This document shows, piece after piece, positions 1 through 13,709 of a DNA stretch of 64,000 nt (position 1 is its first letter; each line of letters starts with the position of its first letter). Below the pieces are notes generated by a model. That model was not told the DNA's origin. It was given only the letters and a program-made list of their open reading frames with translations, and did not search any database. The translations under genes were made by a program, and so were the position numbers. Source of the DNA: Azolla caroliniana (Eukaryota > Plantae > Polypodiophyta); NCBI GenBank assembly GCA_043228905.1, contig JBHGNT010000022.1:1116001-1180000 (forward strand), read 5' to 3'.

Positions 1-3000
1 TAGGGATTCATGCGATAACATCGTTGTTGCATCGGCCGAGCGTCGTGCTAGAGGTGTATTTGGTGTTGGTAATATTGGGAATCCAATCCCTTCATGTCGG
101 TGTAGGACCAGGAGAATACATCCTGGTATTCTGTAAGCAGCCGTATGAGTGCGGATCGTTCGTCGGGTGGTAAGTTGTTGGCGATTTTTAGTGTTCGCGG
201 GTTTTTGTCGGAACCGAGGTTAAGTGACTCGAGTGTGAATGGCTTGACTCGTTGGGAGATAGCGATTTCCCGTTCAAACACGTCACGAGCGTGGCGTAAC
301 TCAACGATTGTGTGGATCTAGCTCGGCTTGAGGGAGTGATTCCTCAGTGACAACCTCGGCCACAGGTGAGCTGATGGCCGAGATGACGTCTATTTCGAAG
401 AGGGGTATGATCTTGGGATGTTCTTTCAGGAAGTGATCTACTACCTCTTCGGCTAGTCCGTCGAGCATGTGCACGCCTTCCGCGTATAAGGGAGTGGTGT
501 TTTGGGGCGTGGGGAGGCGTTCCTCCGTTATTAGCCGTACCTTAGTCTTTCCTCAACGAAATGAGATCATGTTGTGCTATCAGTGTTGGTTAATGTTGGC
601 TGTTCGCAACCAGGGACAACCAAGAAGCATTGGGTATGCTCCCGGGGCTTCGAGGTGTAAGACTACTGCCGATATAGTGAACATATGGCCTCCTAGCATG
701 AATTCAAGATAGCGGATTAACCCTATTGGGCGAACCAATCGTGTATCAGCCATCCGGAGCTTGAAGGGGCATGGTTCCCACTGGGTAAGGCCGAGATTTT
801 GGCATGTGGCCTCGTTGATTACGTTAACACCGGAGCCTCCGTTGATGATGCGCCCGTGAAGGTCACGTTCCTTGATGATGATTTTCACGGCGGGAATCCA
901 TGAGAGCTGGTCCCGTCCTTGGCTCAGCCAGGTAAATAGGGAGTGTTCTGGATTTGGTATCAGAGGTTAACATAGCCAATGTATCTCTAAATCGTGGCAT
1001 GAGTGGCAGGAGCTTATGTAATGGTAGCGATATCTGTGAGCTGGTGAGAGCGTCCCACAATTGGTTGTCTTCAGCTGAGGTTGGATGGTTGTGTGGACTG
1101 TGGTGCCCTGCTGGTGATGTCCTGCAACTCGGTGTGCATCTAATCGACGTTGGTTTTGTTGGCGTTGTCGATCCATTCCTTGGCAGCTTGTCTGACTTCA
1201 TCTTGTATTTGTCATTGGGTTGATTAGGTTTTACTGCGCGTGGTGACCTGTTGAACGTCATCCATGATACTATTCACGGCCAGTGTCTTACCTCGGTCCT
1301 TGGTTGGGCATTGGGTAGTGTAATGGCCCAGTTGGTTACATTTGAAACAGGTGACCAACGTTGAGTTGCTCGTCTCTCCTCAATCATTTTGTAGGGGAGG
1401 GTGTGAGAGGTTTGTGGGCTCTCGTGTAGGCGAGGTGTAAAGCCGTTCGTGGGGCACGTTGTTCCTCAATTCATTGTGGGGAAGGACCTATGTGGTTTGA
1501 AGTGAGTAGGTTCTCGGCAACGATTGTCGTTGTGCCGTCGATTCTTTCGCGAACCTTGATGAGAGTTACGCTGATCATTTCGTAAATAACGTGGTTCATA
1601 CCGGTCATCCCGGTCGTCGTCGTATCGGTCGTAATCATCGTTGGCTCGATAGTGGTCATCGCGATCTCAATCATGGCCATCGTCCGATCGCCTTCGGTTG
1701 TCGGCTCGGTATCGGTCGTCATCGCGGCGGTAATCGTCGTCTCGTCGTTGATGATCCGATGACCGTGGATGCTCGTTATCCCTATTACGGTAGCATTGGA
1801 GCTCGTCCTGGTGTGAGTAGTTGTTTCGAGGCTCGAGCTGGCGAACTATGGCGGTTGTCGTTCTGTTGAGCAAATTGTATTCACATTGTTCAGTCGTATG
1901 TAACCAAGAATGGAAGATTGGGCAGGGAGGGCAGTGAGGCCACTCAATAGCTAAATGGCCAGAGCCCGAGTAGGCCGTGCATTGGAGAGCCTATCAGAAG
2001 TGATGGTCCTCCTGTGGAGGGAGAGTGCTTTGCAGTGAGCCCATGGAAAAAGCTGTCATGTGTTGTGTCTAATCGATTGTGAGGACATGTGTGATTACCT
2101 GCTTGATTGTCTGTTGGGAGAAGTTGGTTAGTGTGAGGGTTGTCCACAGAGACTCCCGTAGGCCAACGACGAAGGTATCCAGAATGTGGTGTGCGGAGAC
2201 ATCCTGGGCGAGTTGGTGGTAAAGATCCTGAAACCGGATCGTGAACTGGGCGACTGTCTCCTGGGTTTCTTGGCTAATGGTAAAAAACTTCCGGAGCAGT
2301 TCCCGCTTCGGCACTTCGTGAAGAAAAAGCTTGAGTTGAGTGTGAACGTCTTGGAACGTTGCGAACTCCCCCGGGTCAAGCCGAGAATACCAGCGAGCGG
2401 CCGATCCATCGAGGGATAGTGTGAATTCCGCGATTTTGGAAGACTCGATCTCGGCACCAATGAGCCACTGCGTCGAATGGTTGGCCTGCCATGTGGACAC
2501 GAAAGCACAGATGTGTGATTCCGCGTCGGGGCCATCGGTATATCGCACGTAAGGGTAAGGCATGGTGCGAGGTCCGGGTTTTCAGGTAAAGCCGGAAAGG
2601 GGTTAGGGTCAAGTTGGATGACCTCTGAAGGGCTTGACGGGGAAATCGGTGTGGACTCCACTCGCAACTGGTTGTCGGGTGTCGAGGATTGCAACTGGTG
2701 TGCCTCCGATAGTTCTGGTGAGGATTGCTCGGTGAGCGCCGAGTTGAAAGTGCCCTCAACTAGCTCGGGGTGACAGGCGGGTGGCCTAGACTGCGTGAGG
2801 CGATTGGGCGCCGTTATGGCGGCTGAGGGTTGCCTCCTACGTAGCTCACTGTGACCTTACAGCTGTAACAGGGCGTGCCAAATTGTGTTATCTCTTCCTT
2901 GGGATAAACACCTTCGATGAACCCTAAGGCTATCGGTATCAAGGGTCGTGGTACATGAAGACTACTTCTCAACAAAGATTGAGTTAGCAAATGGGGAGGT

Positions 3001-3394
3001 GAAAAAGATTATGCTGGCCACAACCAGTTACTATTTACCATGCGCGTTGCTTAAACGTATGATTTCAAGAAGATCATCAAATAAGAAGAACAGCAAGAGG
3101 TATATATTAAATCGACATTCCCTTCAATTACAATACACGACTCATGGCCCGGAATAAAGCTATGTAGTGTTGAGGACTCGTCAGCTATAATTTCCCTAAC
3201 AGTATCTATATATCACCGCCTGCCAAGGTACACAGATCCTAGTTTATATAGCCTTTTACTACCCATAGCTCAGACCTTGGCTGATTGTAAGGCTGAAACC
3301 TCGGCTGCGTTTTGTTCACCAACTTCCTTACTTACTTTTCTACCTACCGATGGCTTTTTATTTCCTAATTTACTTTTCTAGCCCATGGACAACA
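1..3394 (-). mobile_element. Degenerate Ty3/gypsy (non-chromovirus, Athila/Tat-like) LTR retrotransposon, 5' part; runs off the left edge
   Basis: Fragmented gag (MPYPYVRYTDGPDAESH..WQANH, 2069-2563), protease-like IINGGSGVNV (580-888) and RT N-terminus (VFSWSYTDMKGLD, 48-281), all homologous to the element at 32387-45507. Probable LTR TGTTA(2886)..CAACA(3394) with TATATAAA on the - strand near 3250; the outer LTR end is inferred from one copy only. Confidence 0.85.
2871..2880 (-). promoter_or_regulatory. Primer-binding site TGGCACGCCC (tRNA-Arg type)
   Basis: GGGCGTGCCA on the + strand, 5 nt internal to the LTR boundary at 2886. It lies on the gag sense strand. Confidence 0.75.
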
Positions 3395-4428
3395 GATTTC
3401 ACAAGGGCAAGGCGCAATGAAGAAGAAGAACGAACGAAAAAACAAAGGTTGACAAACTTTGACCCCGCCACATCACTTTCTTCTTTGGCACATGCCGGAG
3501 GATGTGCGGTTTGGTGGGGGTGGATGTTGTGGTGTGAGAAAAAGCAAGGTTCCACGCACATCTCATGAAATAATGTATAAGAAACAACAATAATAACAAT
3601 AATAATTGTAACTTGTAGTGGCTAAGTTAGTGGTTAAGGCTTATAAGTATATGTAGAGAGGTGTAGAGTTTGAGTCTCTTTTCCTACAAATCAAGGACGA
3701 TTTTGCTCCCCTTCCATTTTTGTTATAAAGTAAATAAAATAAAAAAAGCATGTAATGTTAAAATAAGCTCCTCTTTCCGCTATAAGAGAGGAGCGATAGA
3801 GCTTATTTAGGGGTCGCCCATTTTGTCGTAGGGGTCTACCACTAGGGTTTCATCTTCTTCTCCTCTTCTTCTTGGGTTAGGGTTTATAGCCTCCTTTTCT
3901 CCTTCTCTCTTTCTCCTCTTCTTTTCTGTCTAGACTTGGGGTTCCAAAGCTTCTTCTACCTCCTCATCATATTAGAGAACTTGGAATTTTAGGGTTTGTT
4001 AGTTTGCTTCTATTATTGTACTTCTTACTCAAGATATTTTAGGGCTTGGATTCCTTCTACAATGGCTTCTTCCGCATCTCGGTGGTAGTCAACTCGGTGC
4101 CCGGTTGCGGAACGGAGGTTGTAGTGGCACGAGAGCGACTCCGAATCGAGGCAACATAGCCGTCAGAAGTAGTCAAACTCAAAGCCCACTAGACTCACCT
4201 TCGCTGGTTTATTTATAACCGATTATTGTAATAACCACCGAAATCGTGGTGTCAATCCTAACCATTGTAAAAAAATAAAAACAAAAACCCTAATTTATAT
4301 CAAAACTTATGTTACGTATTTCCCCATGTCTTTGTCTTAATCTCCTACTTCCTCACTACTTTTGTCTCCCCGGTCCAAGGCCTTGGCGGTCCCATTCAAA
4401 CGACACACGCACGCGAAACTTCGCGACA
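3395..4428 (+). mobile_element. 3' end (PPT and ~900-bp LTR 3525-4428) of a Ty3/gypsy related to the 6568-13709 element
   Basis: 3486-3524 (..GCCGGAGGATGTGCGGTTTGGTGGGGGTGGA|TGTTG) matches the reverse complement of the PPT region at 7266-7300. The LTR ends ..TCGCGACA at 4428, where copia RT sequence abruptly begins. Confidence 0.65.
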
Positions 4429-6567
4429 GCGTGTAATGACGCTTACTGATCAATATGCCTTTGATCCCGAGGAAGTAATGAAGGTCTCCAAGATCCTTCA
4501 TTTCGAAAGATGCCGCGAGCTGAGACTTGACGCGGCCAATTTCTTCCAGTTTGGCACTGGCGATGACTAAATCATCAACATAAAGTAACAGACAAATCGG
4601 TCCATGTCGACCTTGCCAAACGAACAACGAAGAGTCCGATCTGGACGTCATAAACGCCATTCTACGCAACCGTTGCGTAATCTTTACATTCCAAGCTCAT
4701 GGGGCTTGCTTAAGTCCATATAATGCCTTCTTCAATCGGCAAACTGCTGAAATGTTCTGTTCGGATAGAAAGTCGGGGGGTTGTACCATGTACAACTATT
4801 CCTCAAGATCGCCTTGCAGGAACGCATCTTTTACATCCATTTGATGTAAGTTCCACCCCTTTGCCACTGCTACAGCTAGCAAGACACGCAAGGTTGTCAT
4901 CTTCACGACAGGCGCGAAGGTCTCGTCGTAATCGACGTCGTGCTTCTATGCGTAGCCTTTCGCAACCAAACGGGCCTCATATCGATTGATGGAGCCGTCA
5001 TTGTTGTATTTCACCTTATACACCCATCTGCATCCGATCGGCTTCACACCCTTCGGTGCGTCAACCAGGTCCCAAGTCTCGTTGTCCGATAACGTGCGCA
5101 TCTCTTCCTCCATCGCGGCACACCAGTTTGCGTCTTCCACCGCTTCTGCGTAGCTCTCCGGGTCACGCACTTCCGCCACTCACGTCATGTATGCATAATG
5201 GTGCGCCATGTACTCATTATACCCGTACCTCTTTATGGGGTTCTTCGGGAAGGTAGATCGGCGTAATTCGTGATTACCTGATTTCACGACCTTTCCGGCC
5301 GAAATTTCGACCTCTTCTGTGGAGGTTCCTTTTCGATTGGCCCGAAGTCAGATGCTCCGATCTAACTTGGCACTGTCGAAATCATACTCCGACATTTTCT
5401 TCTTCCCTTTTTCTTTACGCGTAAACCATCTCCTCGGTTCTTTATGAGGGGACAACACGGCCGAGTCTCCACTACTCATCGGCTCTTCATTTGGTTGGCC
5501 ATATCGGCTCAACCCCTCATTCGGCCCGTTTAGCCGAAATGAGATCGGACTCTCTGTCAGAGCTCCGATTTCCTCATCAGGCAAAGGCATCTTAGGCTCG
5601 CTAACCTCTTCTTCAGAATTCGGAATGGAGTCATGAGGTATTGGAGGTGAAGGCAAGTACCATGAAGCAGACTCGTCGAACACGACATCTCGGCTTATGC
5701 GAACTTCCTTCGTTCAGGGGTTATAGCACTTATACCGCTTCTGCTTGTCTGAATAGCTGACCAAGATGCACTTTTCGGCTTTGTCGTCCAACTTCCTCCG
5801 TTTCTCCTTCGGCACATGCACATACACAGTACTGCCGAAAATCATCAAATGCACCAAGTTCAGCTTTTTGCCGAAATACAGCTCATGTGGCAACACTCCT
5901 CCATTGGCAAAGGTCCGATTCAGTAGGTAAACAGCCGGCTTTATGGCTTCAGCCCAATAAAATTTTGGCATATGCTTCTCTTCGAGCATTGCCCTGACCG
6001 CTTCTTCGATTGTCCGATTCTCCTGCTTGGCCACGTCATTCTGTTGCGGCGTGTATCTAGACAAGAATTCGCGTCGAATTCCTTCCTTCTGTAGATAACT
6101 TGTGAATTGGTCAGAGAAGTACTCCTTCCCGCCATCGGACCATAGGCATTTGATCTTACTCCTTGTTTCCCTTTCCACAAGGCTTTACACCATCAGGAAA
6201 CACGCGAAGACTTCGCTCTTCTTTGCAATCGTACATGCCTAGGTATACCGAGTGAATTCATCAATGAAGGTTACGAAGTAATGGTTACCACCGAGACTCG
6301 CGTTTTGTGCCGGTCCCCACACATCCAAATGGATTAAGTCGAGTGGATTTCGACTCCGATTACACTCGTTTGGGATTAGAAGTCGGTGATGCTTCCCTAG
6401 TTGGCAGGCTTCACAGACTTGGCCATTACAGCCCCGAAATTTCAGCAATCCATAAAAAAAGTTCTTCGTCTACATTTCAGGAAGCCGTGGGAAGTTAACG
6501 TGGACGAACCGCTTGTGCCACAAGTCAATATCCGATTCGACCTTCTGTCCTTTCGCGAACAACGCGG

Positions 6568-6632
6568 TGTTGCGTTGTTACGCGCATGCGTGTAGAAGGG
6601 GCGGGACCACGGGGGTCTTGAACCGAGGAGCA

Positions 6633-6667
<35 letters not shown>

Positions 6668-7265
6668 GATACGCAGAGCGAGAAGGCGAGATAAGGAACG
6701 TAACACTTGATTTCAATAACAAGAGAATACAAGAGGTTACAAGAGAATACGACTCTGACAGTTACAACCGACAAGGCGGCGATGGACCCGACACGGGGAT
6801 CCTACTCACGCACACAGACAGCACTCGCTCAACTCCCAGAAACAAAACAAAGGGGGGGGGATAGCCTCTGCTGGAAGCGCACGGGCTGTCCAAGAAGCAA
6901 AGGCAGCGAACTCCCGACCCACAGAGACCGACGACCGGAGGAGAAGAGAGAGCTCGGCACTCAGATCTGCAGCAGCACTTCGTCCTCCCTAGCGCGCGAT
7001 ACCTGTTCCTTTTTCCTCTCCCTCCTTAAATAGTTCCCCAAAAGGGGGTGCCCCCTTTTCCTTAGCCAAACTGCTTTATTCCCTGTTTTCCTATCGACAG
7101 AGATACGCACAAAATCCCCTAATAAATGTGCACTACCTAGTATTTACACCAGTCGCCTTAATTACGAATTATGTACAATATATCAATCCTCGCATCCACC
7201 AGTGTAAGAGCCGGTTCATGTGCCTTTTCCTTCAATTCCGCCTATGGCCGGTTTTCTTCACGACA
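6568..7265 (-). repeat. 3' LTR of element B
   Basis: Direct repeat of 12975-13709 with a (GA)n tract. PPT GGTTTGGTGGGGATGGA is adjacent on the - strand (7266-7282). Confidence 0.93.
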
Positions 7266-7334
7266 TCCATCCCCACCAAACCGCGCATCCACCGGCATGC
7301 GCCAGAGACGGGTAGACACCGAAGAAAACCGGCA

Positions 7335-10300
7335 TCACTCGTCATTCTCTAATTCTCCACCGGACCCGAACTTATCGTCATCTTTACTCTCCCTCGCCGG
7401 CTCCGGCTCGTCTTCGAACCGCTTCTTGAACCCTTTGATCCGCTTAACGGCCACCGGCACCGCTAACCGTGTACCGTCGAGTTCCGCGAGGTGGTACGTG
7501 TCATTGTCGTTCGCGCTCATCACCATGTAGGGCCCGAACCATCTCCTAGCGAACTTTCGCACTGCCTTGTGCTGATTGTCGAGGTTGTTGTCGTATACCA
7601 AGACCTAGTCGCCTTCCTCGATCTTCTTTGGTCATAATCGGTGCGTCCGATTGAACCAAGTCTTGTTCCGCTCCCTTGCCGCTCGCAGCTTTTCCTTCGC
7701 CTGTATCACGTCCTCTAGCCTCTGCTCGAGTTGTCGAATCCACGCCGCCAGCAACTCCTCCCGGCTCATTTCTTCCTTCCAATCTACCGCTGCCCATGAA
7801 GAAACCGTCTCTTCCACTGCAATGATCGGCTTCTGTCCGTACATCAGCTCTGCCAGCATAAACCTTGTCACCGAACTGTGCGTAGTTCGGTCCGCCCATA
7901 GTGCGTAAGGAAGGAGTTGCGGCCAATTCCCGACCTGCCCACCGCATGCACGCACCAACGCCTTTACGATCGGCCCGTGCCCACGTTCCACCTTTCCGTT
8001 CACCTCCAGATTGTACGCCGTGGTGAGGGAGAGTTTGACGCCTAGCCGGTCAAACAGCTCCTCAGCCTCCCGCGCATCCAGCTCTCCCTGGTCCGCCACG
8101 ATCCTCCCGACGCGCCCGTACCGACACACTACTTCTTCGATCAGGAACCGGCATACCGCCGCAGTTGTCTTGCTTTGCAGTGCACGGCCTTCCACCTGGT
8201 TCGTTAAGTCTTCCCGTGCAAGTACAAGGTATCACATCTGTCCTACCCCCATCGGCATCGTCACCAAGTCCACCATCCACTTGAAATGGACCGTAGGCGG
8301 GTAGGTCGGGTGTAGCTCGTCCCGATGTCAAACTACGGAGTGCATCTGACAGCTTTCGCAAGTCGTTACGAACCGATGCACGTCCTGATATAGCCCCGGC
8401 CACCAGTACTTCTCCTTCAGCTTCTCGAACGTGGCCCACGTCCCGCGGTGTCCGGCCCAGGGGCTCTCGTGAAATGCCGCCAGTAGTTTCCCCTGTTCTT
8501 CTTTATTTGCCACTACTCGGAGTGGGATGCCGCTTGTCTTCTTTGGGTGCCTCCGTATGCACCCGTCCCGCAGGAAGAATCGGTATGCCTTCTTCCGTAC
8601 CCAACTCGCCTCCTCTCTCGCCCATGCTACGTCCGGCGTCATCGTCCGTAGGAACCTCCCGATTTGGAGCCACTCCCCGTCGTACCCGCTTTCGTCAAAT
8701 TCGTTAAGCGCCGGAGTGTTCCTTTTCCTCACCGTTACGTTAGCCGACCCGAAGAAGTCCTCGCCGACTTCTTCGTCATCCGAGACCATGCCGTCTTCGT
8801 CATTGAACCTTGCCCTCGAAAGCATGTCGGCCATGGCGTTGTCCTTTCCGGAGATGTGTCGTATCTCCAGGTTCAGGGACTTAATGTACGCTATCCACCG
8901 GAGCATGGCTAGGTCCGACGTCGCGCATCCGGAAACCATGCCGAGTATCGGCAGGTAGTCCGTCTCGATGATCACCTCGGTCCCGATCAGATAATCCTTG
9001 TCGGCCTTGACTGCCGAAACAACACCCCAAAGCTCGCGCTTAACTTGGGCGCTTGATCAATACCTTCGCCCCGAACCAGATCGGGAATCGTACGCCGTCC
9101 TTGTCCTCTTGATTGATTACCCACCCGATCCCGGTCGGGCTGGTGTCCACCGTCACGTAGATGGGAACATCCTTGCCGTAAACCGCTTTACGGAGAGCCA
9201 GCGCTACTGTAAGCGCCTCCTTCAGTCTCCGTATCGACTCCGTGTGCTCCGTCCTCCACTCAAAGCTACGCCCCTTTTTCAATAGCCCGTAGAGGGGTTC
9301 CACGACATGTGCATAATGCGGGATCCAGATGTGGTAGAACGCGCATGCTCCCAAGAATCTACGGACCTCCGTGACCGAATTGCAATCATGCTTCATCGCG
9401 GAGATGGCTTCCACCTTGGCCGGAGATGGTTTCCGACCGTATGGTCCACATAGGTGCCCGACGACCATGATCTCTGATTGCCCGAAGGCCGACTTTTCCC
9501 CGGAGAAGGTGAGCCTCGCGCCTTCTAGTCTCTGCAGCACCTTCTCGCAGTCATCGATGTGGGACGCCACGAAATTCCGACATCCGTCCGGCCCGAATGC
9601 CTCGTCCTTTTTCTCCACCGGGCATCCCTTGATCGGGATGTCGTCTAAGAATAGCATGGTGATGTCCAGGATGCAATCCCTGAGTACTTTGTTCATCGCG
9701 TTCACCATGTGAGTCCCTCCTTATGGCAGGGTACACATCCGCACTAGGCCGAGAGGAGTCCGCATCATCGTAATGTCTCTGCTCTCCACGGCTAGTTGGA
9801 ACTGATCGTACCCCGAGTATAGATCACCGACAGAATAGATCGACCTTCCAGCGAAGGCCTCCGCGAACTCGTCTATGGTCGGTCTGATTCCTGCATTACG
9901 GATGGTCACCTTGTTGACCGGTTGCAGGTCCTGAATCAAGCGCAGCGTGCCGTTCTTCTTCGGCACCGTAAACCACCGATTCGAATACGGGGCACTAGAC
10001 GGTTCAAGGATGCCCATCTCCACCTTTTGCTTCAGGAGCTCCATCAACTTCGGGATGTGAGCTCTCGGCACCGGAATCGGCTTGAGATTCCACGGTACAT
10101 GCGGTACCATGAAGATCACCATTGGTTTGATAACTATCGGGTCTATGCACCCGATCTCCTCTAGTGAGAATGCGAAATCCTTCTCGTGCCTCCCGAGCAT
10201 TCTCTGAAACCGGTCCTCCTCCGCCGGCAGTAGAAAGCCGCCCCCACCGACCTTGAGCTCCCTTAGCGTTATGTCGGTGAACCGGTGCCCTATGCCAGCC

Positions 10301-12929
10301 GGATTCCGTAAACTTGGGTCCGACGCAACCCCCTTTATCCGCTCCTCGCTGCCCTCCGGCAAGGGTGCCGCGACTGGCCTCACCTTCCGGTTCACAGTCT
10401 TGTACTTTGTATCCACGCGGGCCGTCTGATCCGACCCGATCCTTTCCCCGAAGTCCGTGATGACTTCGTACATTCCCATTGACCCTATCGGGACGGTCCG
10501 GTCTTCTCTAAGGTCTTCACCGATCACCTTTCGCAGTTCGCCCAAGGTGTCGTCAAAAGAGACCGCCTCCACGGCGCCGCTGATGTCTTCACCAGGGAAG
10601 AGGACCCTGCATCCCCTGAGCCGCTCCTCCGCTCGCTTCCTCTCCCGACCGCTGACGCTGGTTATAGTACAACCTCCATTGTCGGAGAACCAAAATTTCC
10701 TACCTTTGGTACAGGTCTTCTTCCGTACTGTACATTCGTGGGGTTCTTCCCGGGTGTCCGGACTATCGCGGCCCCACGCCTTGATAGCCCTCTCTAAAAC
10801 TCCCCTCGGGTTTCGCCGCCGAGGGCCTCGCGGTTACGCTCGTGCTTTGGTCGCACCGTTAGGAACTGGACCGAGTGACGCCCATCCTGGCTCTTGACTC
10901 TTGCATAGGCTGAACCGTTGTCCAGCACCTTGGTCTCCATCCGTGCCGCCGTGATATAGGGCTCTCCTAGTATAACCGGATGCGAGGACGTCTCCTACAC
11001 GAAAAAGTGTTGGTTGATCTCTACATCGTCGATTTTCACCCGTGCGTTCTGACAGGCCCCATGCAGTTCTTCCGTGGCACGCGTCGCTGCCCGTATCTTC
11101 CAGCCATGCTTGGTGTTGATCTGCCATTTACCCTTCTTGTAGAAATCCATGGACATCAAGTTGATTTCAGATCCATGGTCTACCAACGCCACCACCGGTT
11201 CCAGAACGTCGTCGATCCGTACAGGGGTTTCCGTAGTTGCCCTAGCCCAATGCGGCTTTGTGTAGTGGCTTCCCGCCAGCTCGTCTTCTAGGGCTTCGTC
11301 TTCCAGGTGCGTGGTCCACACCTCCACCGGCTTCTCTGGTTCCGGCTCCGTCGAGAGCCTCTTCCGCTTCACCAAGTCTACGATAGAGTCGTGGAACTCC
11401 CTCTTCGGGATTCCCAGCACCTCCCGCAATGACAGCTCCACTTTGCTGTCGAGGATACGTTCCTCCAGGACCTTTCGTAGGTTTGTGGTCCTTTCGATTT
11501 CGGTGCTCAACCGAAACCCCGCCTACTTCTTTCCGTCCGGCGCGCTGGGGTTGCCGGCACCGGTCGGTTTCAGTCCGAACCGGGTCTCATACCTCTGCGG
11601 GGGACCGACCCCTCCGGCCTTTCCTGCCTGTTTGTCCTCCACCAGAACCTCGTAGTTCTGGCAAGCGGCTTCTACGAAGCCCGTTTTCTCTTCGACCGGA
11701 TCGTCCCAACCGGTGACCTCCTAGTCCCGTTGTTCCGCGCGGTCCGGCTCTTCCTTCTTCAGCCGAACTCCGGAGAGGCCTTCTAACACTAGCGGCCAGA
11801 ATCCGGAGTCCTTCGCCTTCTGGGTCTCATCACCCCCGACCCGAATTCCCGCTGACACTGAGTAGTTAATGGCTTCGAAGTGCCGTGCCGAGGCCTCTTC
11901 CATCAACCTCTTCATTCCGTCACGCCCCGTATTCAGTTCTAGGGCTCTCCGGGTCTCGCTCGTGTGCACCCGCCCGTTCCAAAGGTACACCACGTTCGTC
12001 CTGAGTGCGTCGGCGAAATCCGCGCAATCCTTCCGAATGTGACCAATCGCGTCACACCACATGCACCGCTGCCTAGCCGGCGGCCTCCGGTCGCGAGGTT
12101 GTTCGTTGTTGTCTCTCTAGGCCTGTGCGATCTGCAGGTCGCGCACCATCTGTGTCAGATCCTCCAGAGCCGCTCCTCCGGATGGGCCTCTGACCACGTC
12201 GTTCGATGCCGACCCTGACTCTGGCCAGATTCGGGTCTCTTCCTTCCTACTGGCCGGCACCGATACCAGCTCCTCGGGCCTCCTCACCGGGACCGGCCCC
12301 GACCCCGACGAGCTTCCGTTGCTCCAATCACGCCGTTTGTCGAAACGGCTGCAGACCCGTTTTACCACGGCCCAATCTGCCGTGAGCCCTTCATCCGTTT
12401 CCAATAGGGGACCCACCTTTTCCCTGTCGAGCACGTCCACCGACTTGACAAACAGTAGTACTTGACTTGTTTCAAGCACCGTCCGGTCCAGCGTCGACAG
12501 CCGCGTGAACCGTTTTTCGAACTCCTGGAGGAGCACCGACGTGTTCCTCCCCTTTCTGGGGCTTTCCACCCACGCCATGAAGTCCCGCCTCGACAGCCGA
12601 AGCGAGTCGTCAAACCCGTACTTCTCGAGGAGCTGCAACTCGAACTCCTCCCAAGTCTGGCATCCGGCCAGCACCTCAAGCACCTCCGCGTGGATGCCCG
12701 GCGTTACCACCCAAGGGAATCCAAACAGCCGCCTGTCCACCGGGATATCCCTCATGATCATTTCGGCCCGGTAAGCCTCCAAATAACTTGTGGCGTCTTT
12801 CCCTCCAAAACGGCCAATAGAGCCGACGATCAATTCAATGGCTCTGTCGAGGGTACCCGTCCCCTCACGAGCGCTCACCAGCCGGTCGACGGCCACCGCC
12901 ATTGCCTCTGCTAGCTCCGATCCCCTCAT
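7335..12929 (-). pseudogene. gag-pol of element B
   Basis: Gag 12117-12929, CCHC knuckle CMWCDAIGHIRKDC, protease VALVDHGSEINLM, RT YSGYDQF..FLDDIPIKG, RNase H VTVDTSPTGIG, integrase HESPWAGH..CESCQ, C-terminal WFGPY. Confidence 0.9.
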
Positions 12930-12954
12930 CTTTCGACTCCTTTGCCGCCCTGTT

Positions 12955-12970
12955 CACGTCGGGTTCACCA
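12955..12970 (-). promoter_or_regulatory. PBS TGGTGAACCCGACGTG, tRNA-Trp type
   Basis: CACGTCGGGTTCACCA on the + strand, 4 nt from the LTR. Matches the recalled 3' end of plant tRNA-Trp(CCA). Confidence 0.8.
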
Positions 12971-12974
12971 AATA

Positions 12975-13037
12975 TGTCGCGTTGTTACGCGCGTGCGTGT
13001 AGAAGGGGCGAGACCATGGGGGTCTTGAACCGAGGAG

Positions 13038-13078
<41 letters not shown>

Positions 13079-13709
13079 GATACGTGGAGCGAGAAGGCGA
13101 GTTTTGTAGATACGTGGAGCGAGAAGGCGAGATAAGGAACGTAACACTTGATTTCAATAACAAGAGAATACAAGAGGTTACAAGAGAATACGACTCTGAC
13201 GGTTACAACCGACAACAAGACGGCGATGGACCCGACACGGGGATCCTACTCACGCACACAGACAGCACTCGCTCGACTCCCAGAAACAAAACAAAGGTGG
13301 GGGGAGAGCCTCTGCTGGAAGCGCACGGGCTGTCCACGAAGCAGAGGCAGCGAACTCCCGACCCACAGAGACTGACAACCGGAGGAGAAGAGAGAGCTCG
13401 GCACTCAGATCTGCAGCAGCACTTCGTCCTCCCTAGCGCGCGATACCTGTTCCTTTTTCCTCTCCCTCCTTAAATAGTTCCCCAAAAGGGGGTGCCCCCT
13501 TTTCCTTAGCCAAACTACTTTATTCCCTGTTTTCCTGTCGACAGAGATACGCACAAAATCCCCTAATAAATGTGCACTACTTAGTATTTACACCAGTCGC
13601 CTTAATTACGAATTATGTACAATATATCAATCCTTGCGTCCACCCGTGTAAGAGCCGGTTCATGCGCCTTTTCCTTCGATTCCGCCTATGGCCGGTTTTC
13701 TTCATGACA
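12975..13709 (-). repeat. 5' LTR of element B
   Basis: Repeat of 6568-7265, with a private 30-bp tandem duplication at 13069-13128. Confidence 0.93.

Larger units (their letters stand above)
6568..13709 (-). mobile_element. Full-length Ty3/gypsy element B (LTRs 6568-7265 and 12975-13709; 4-bp TSD GCGG)
   Basis: TG..CA LTR pair, TSD GCGG at 6564-6567 and 13710-13713, PBS and PPT present, gag-PR-RT-RH-INT order, with stops and frameshifts. Confidence 0.95.
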
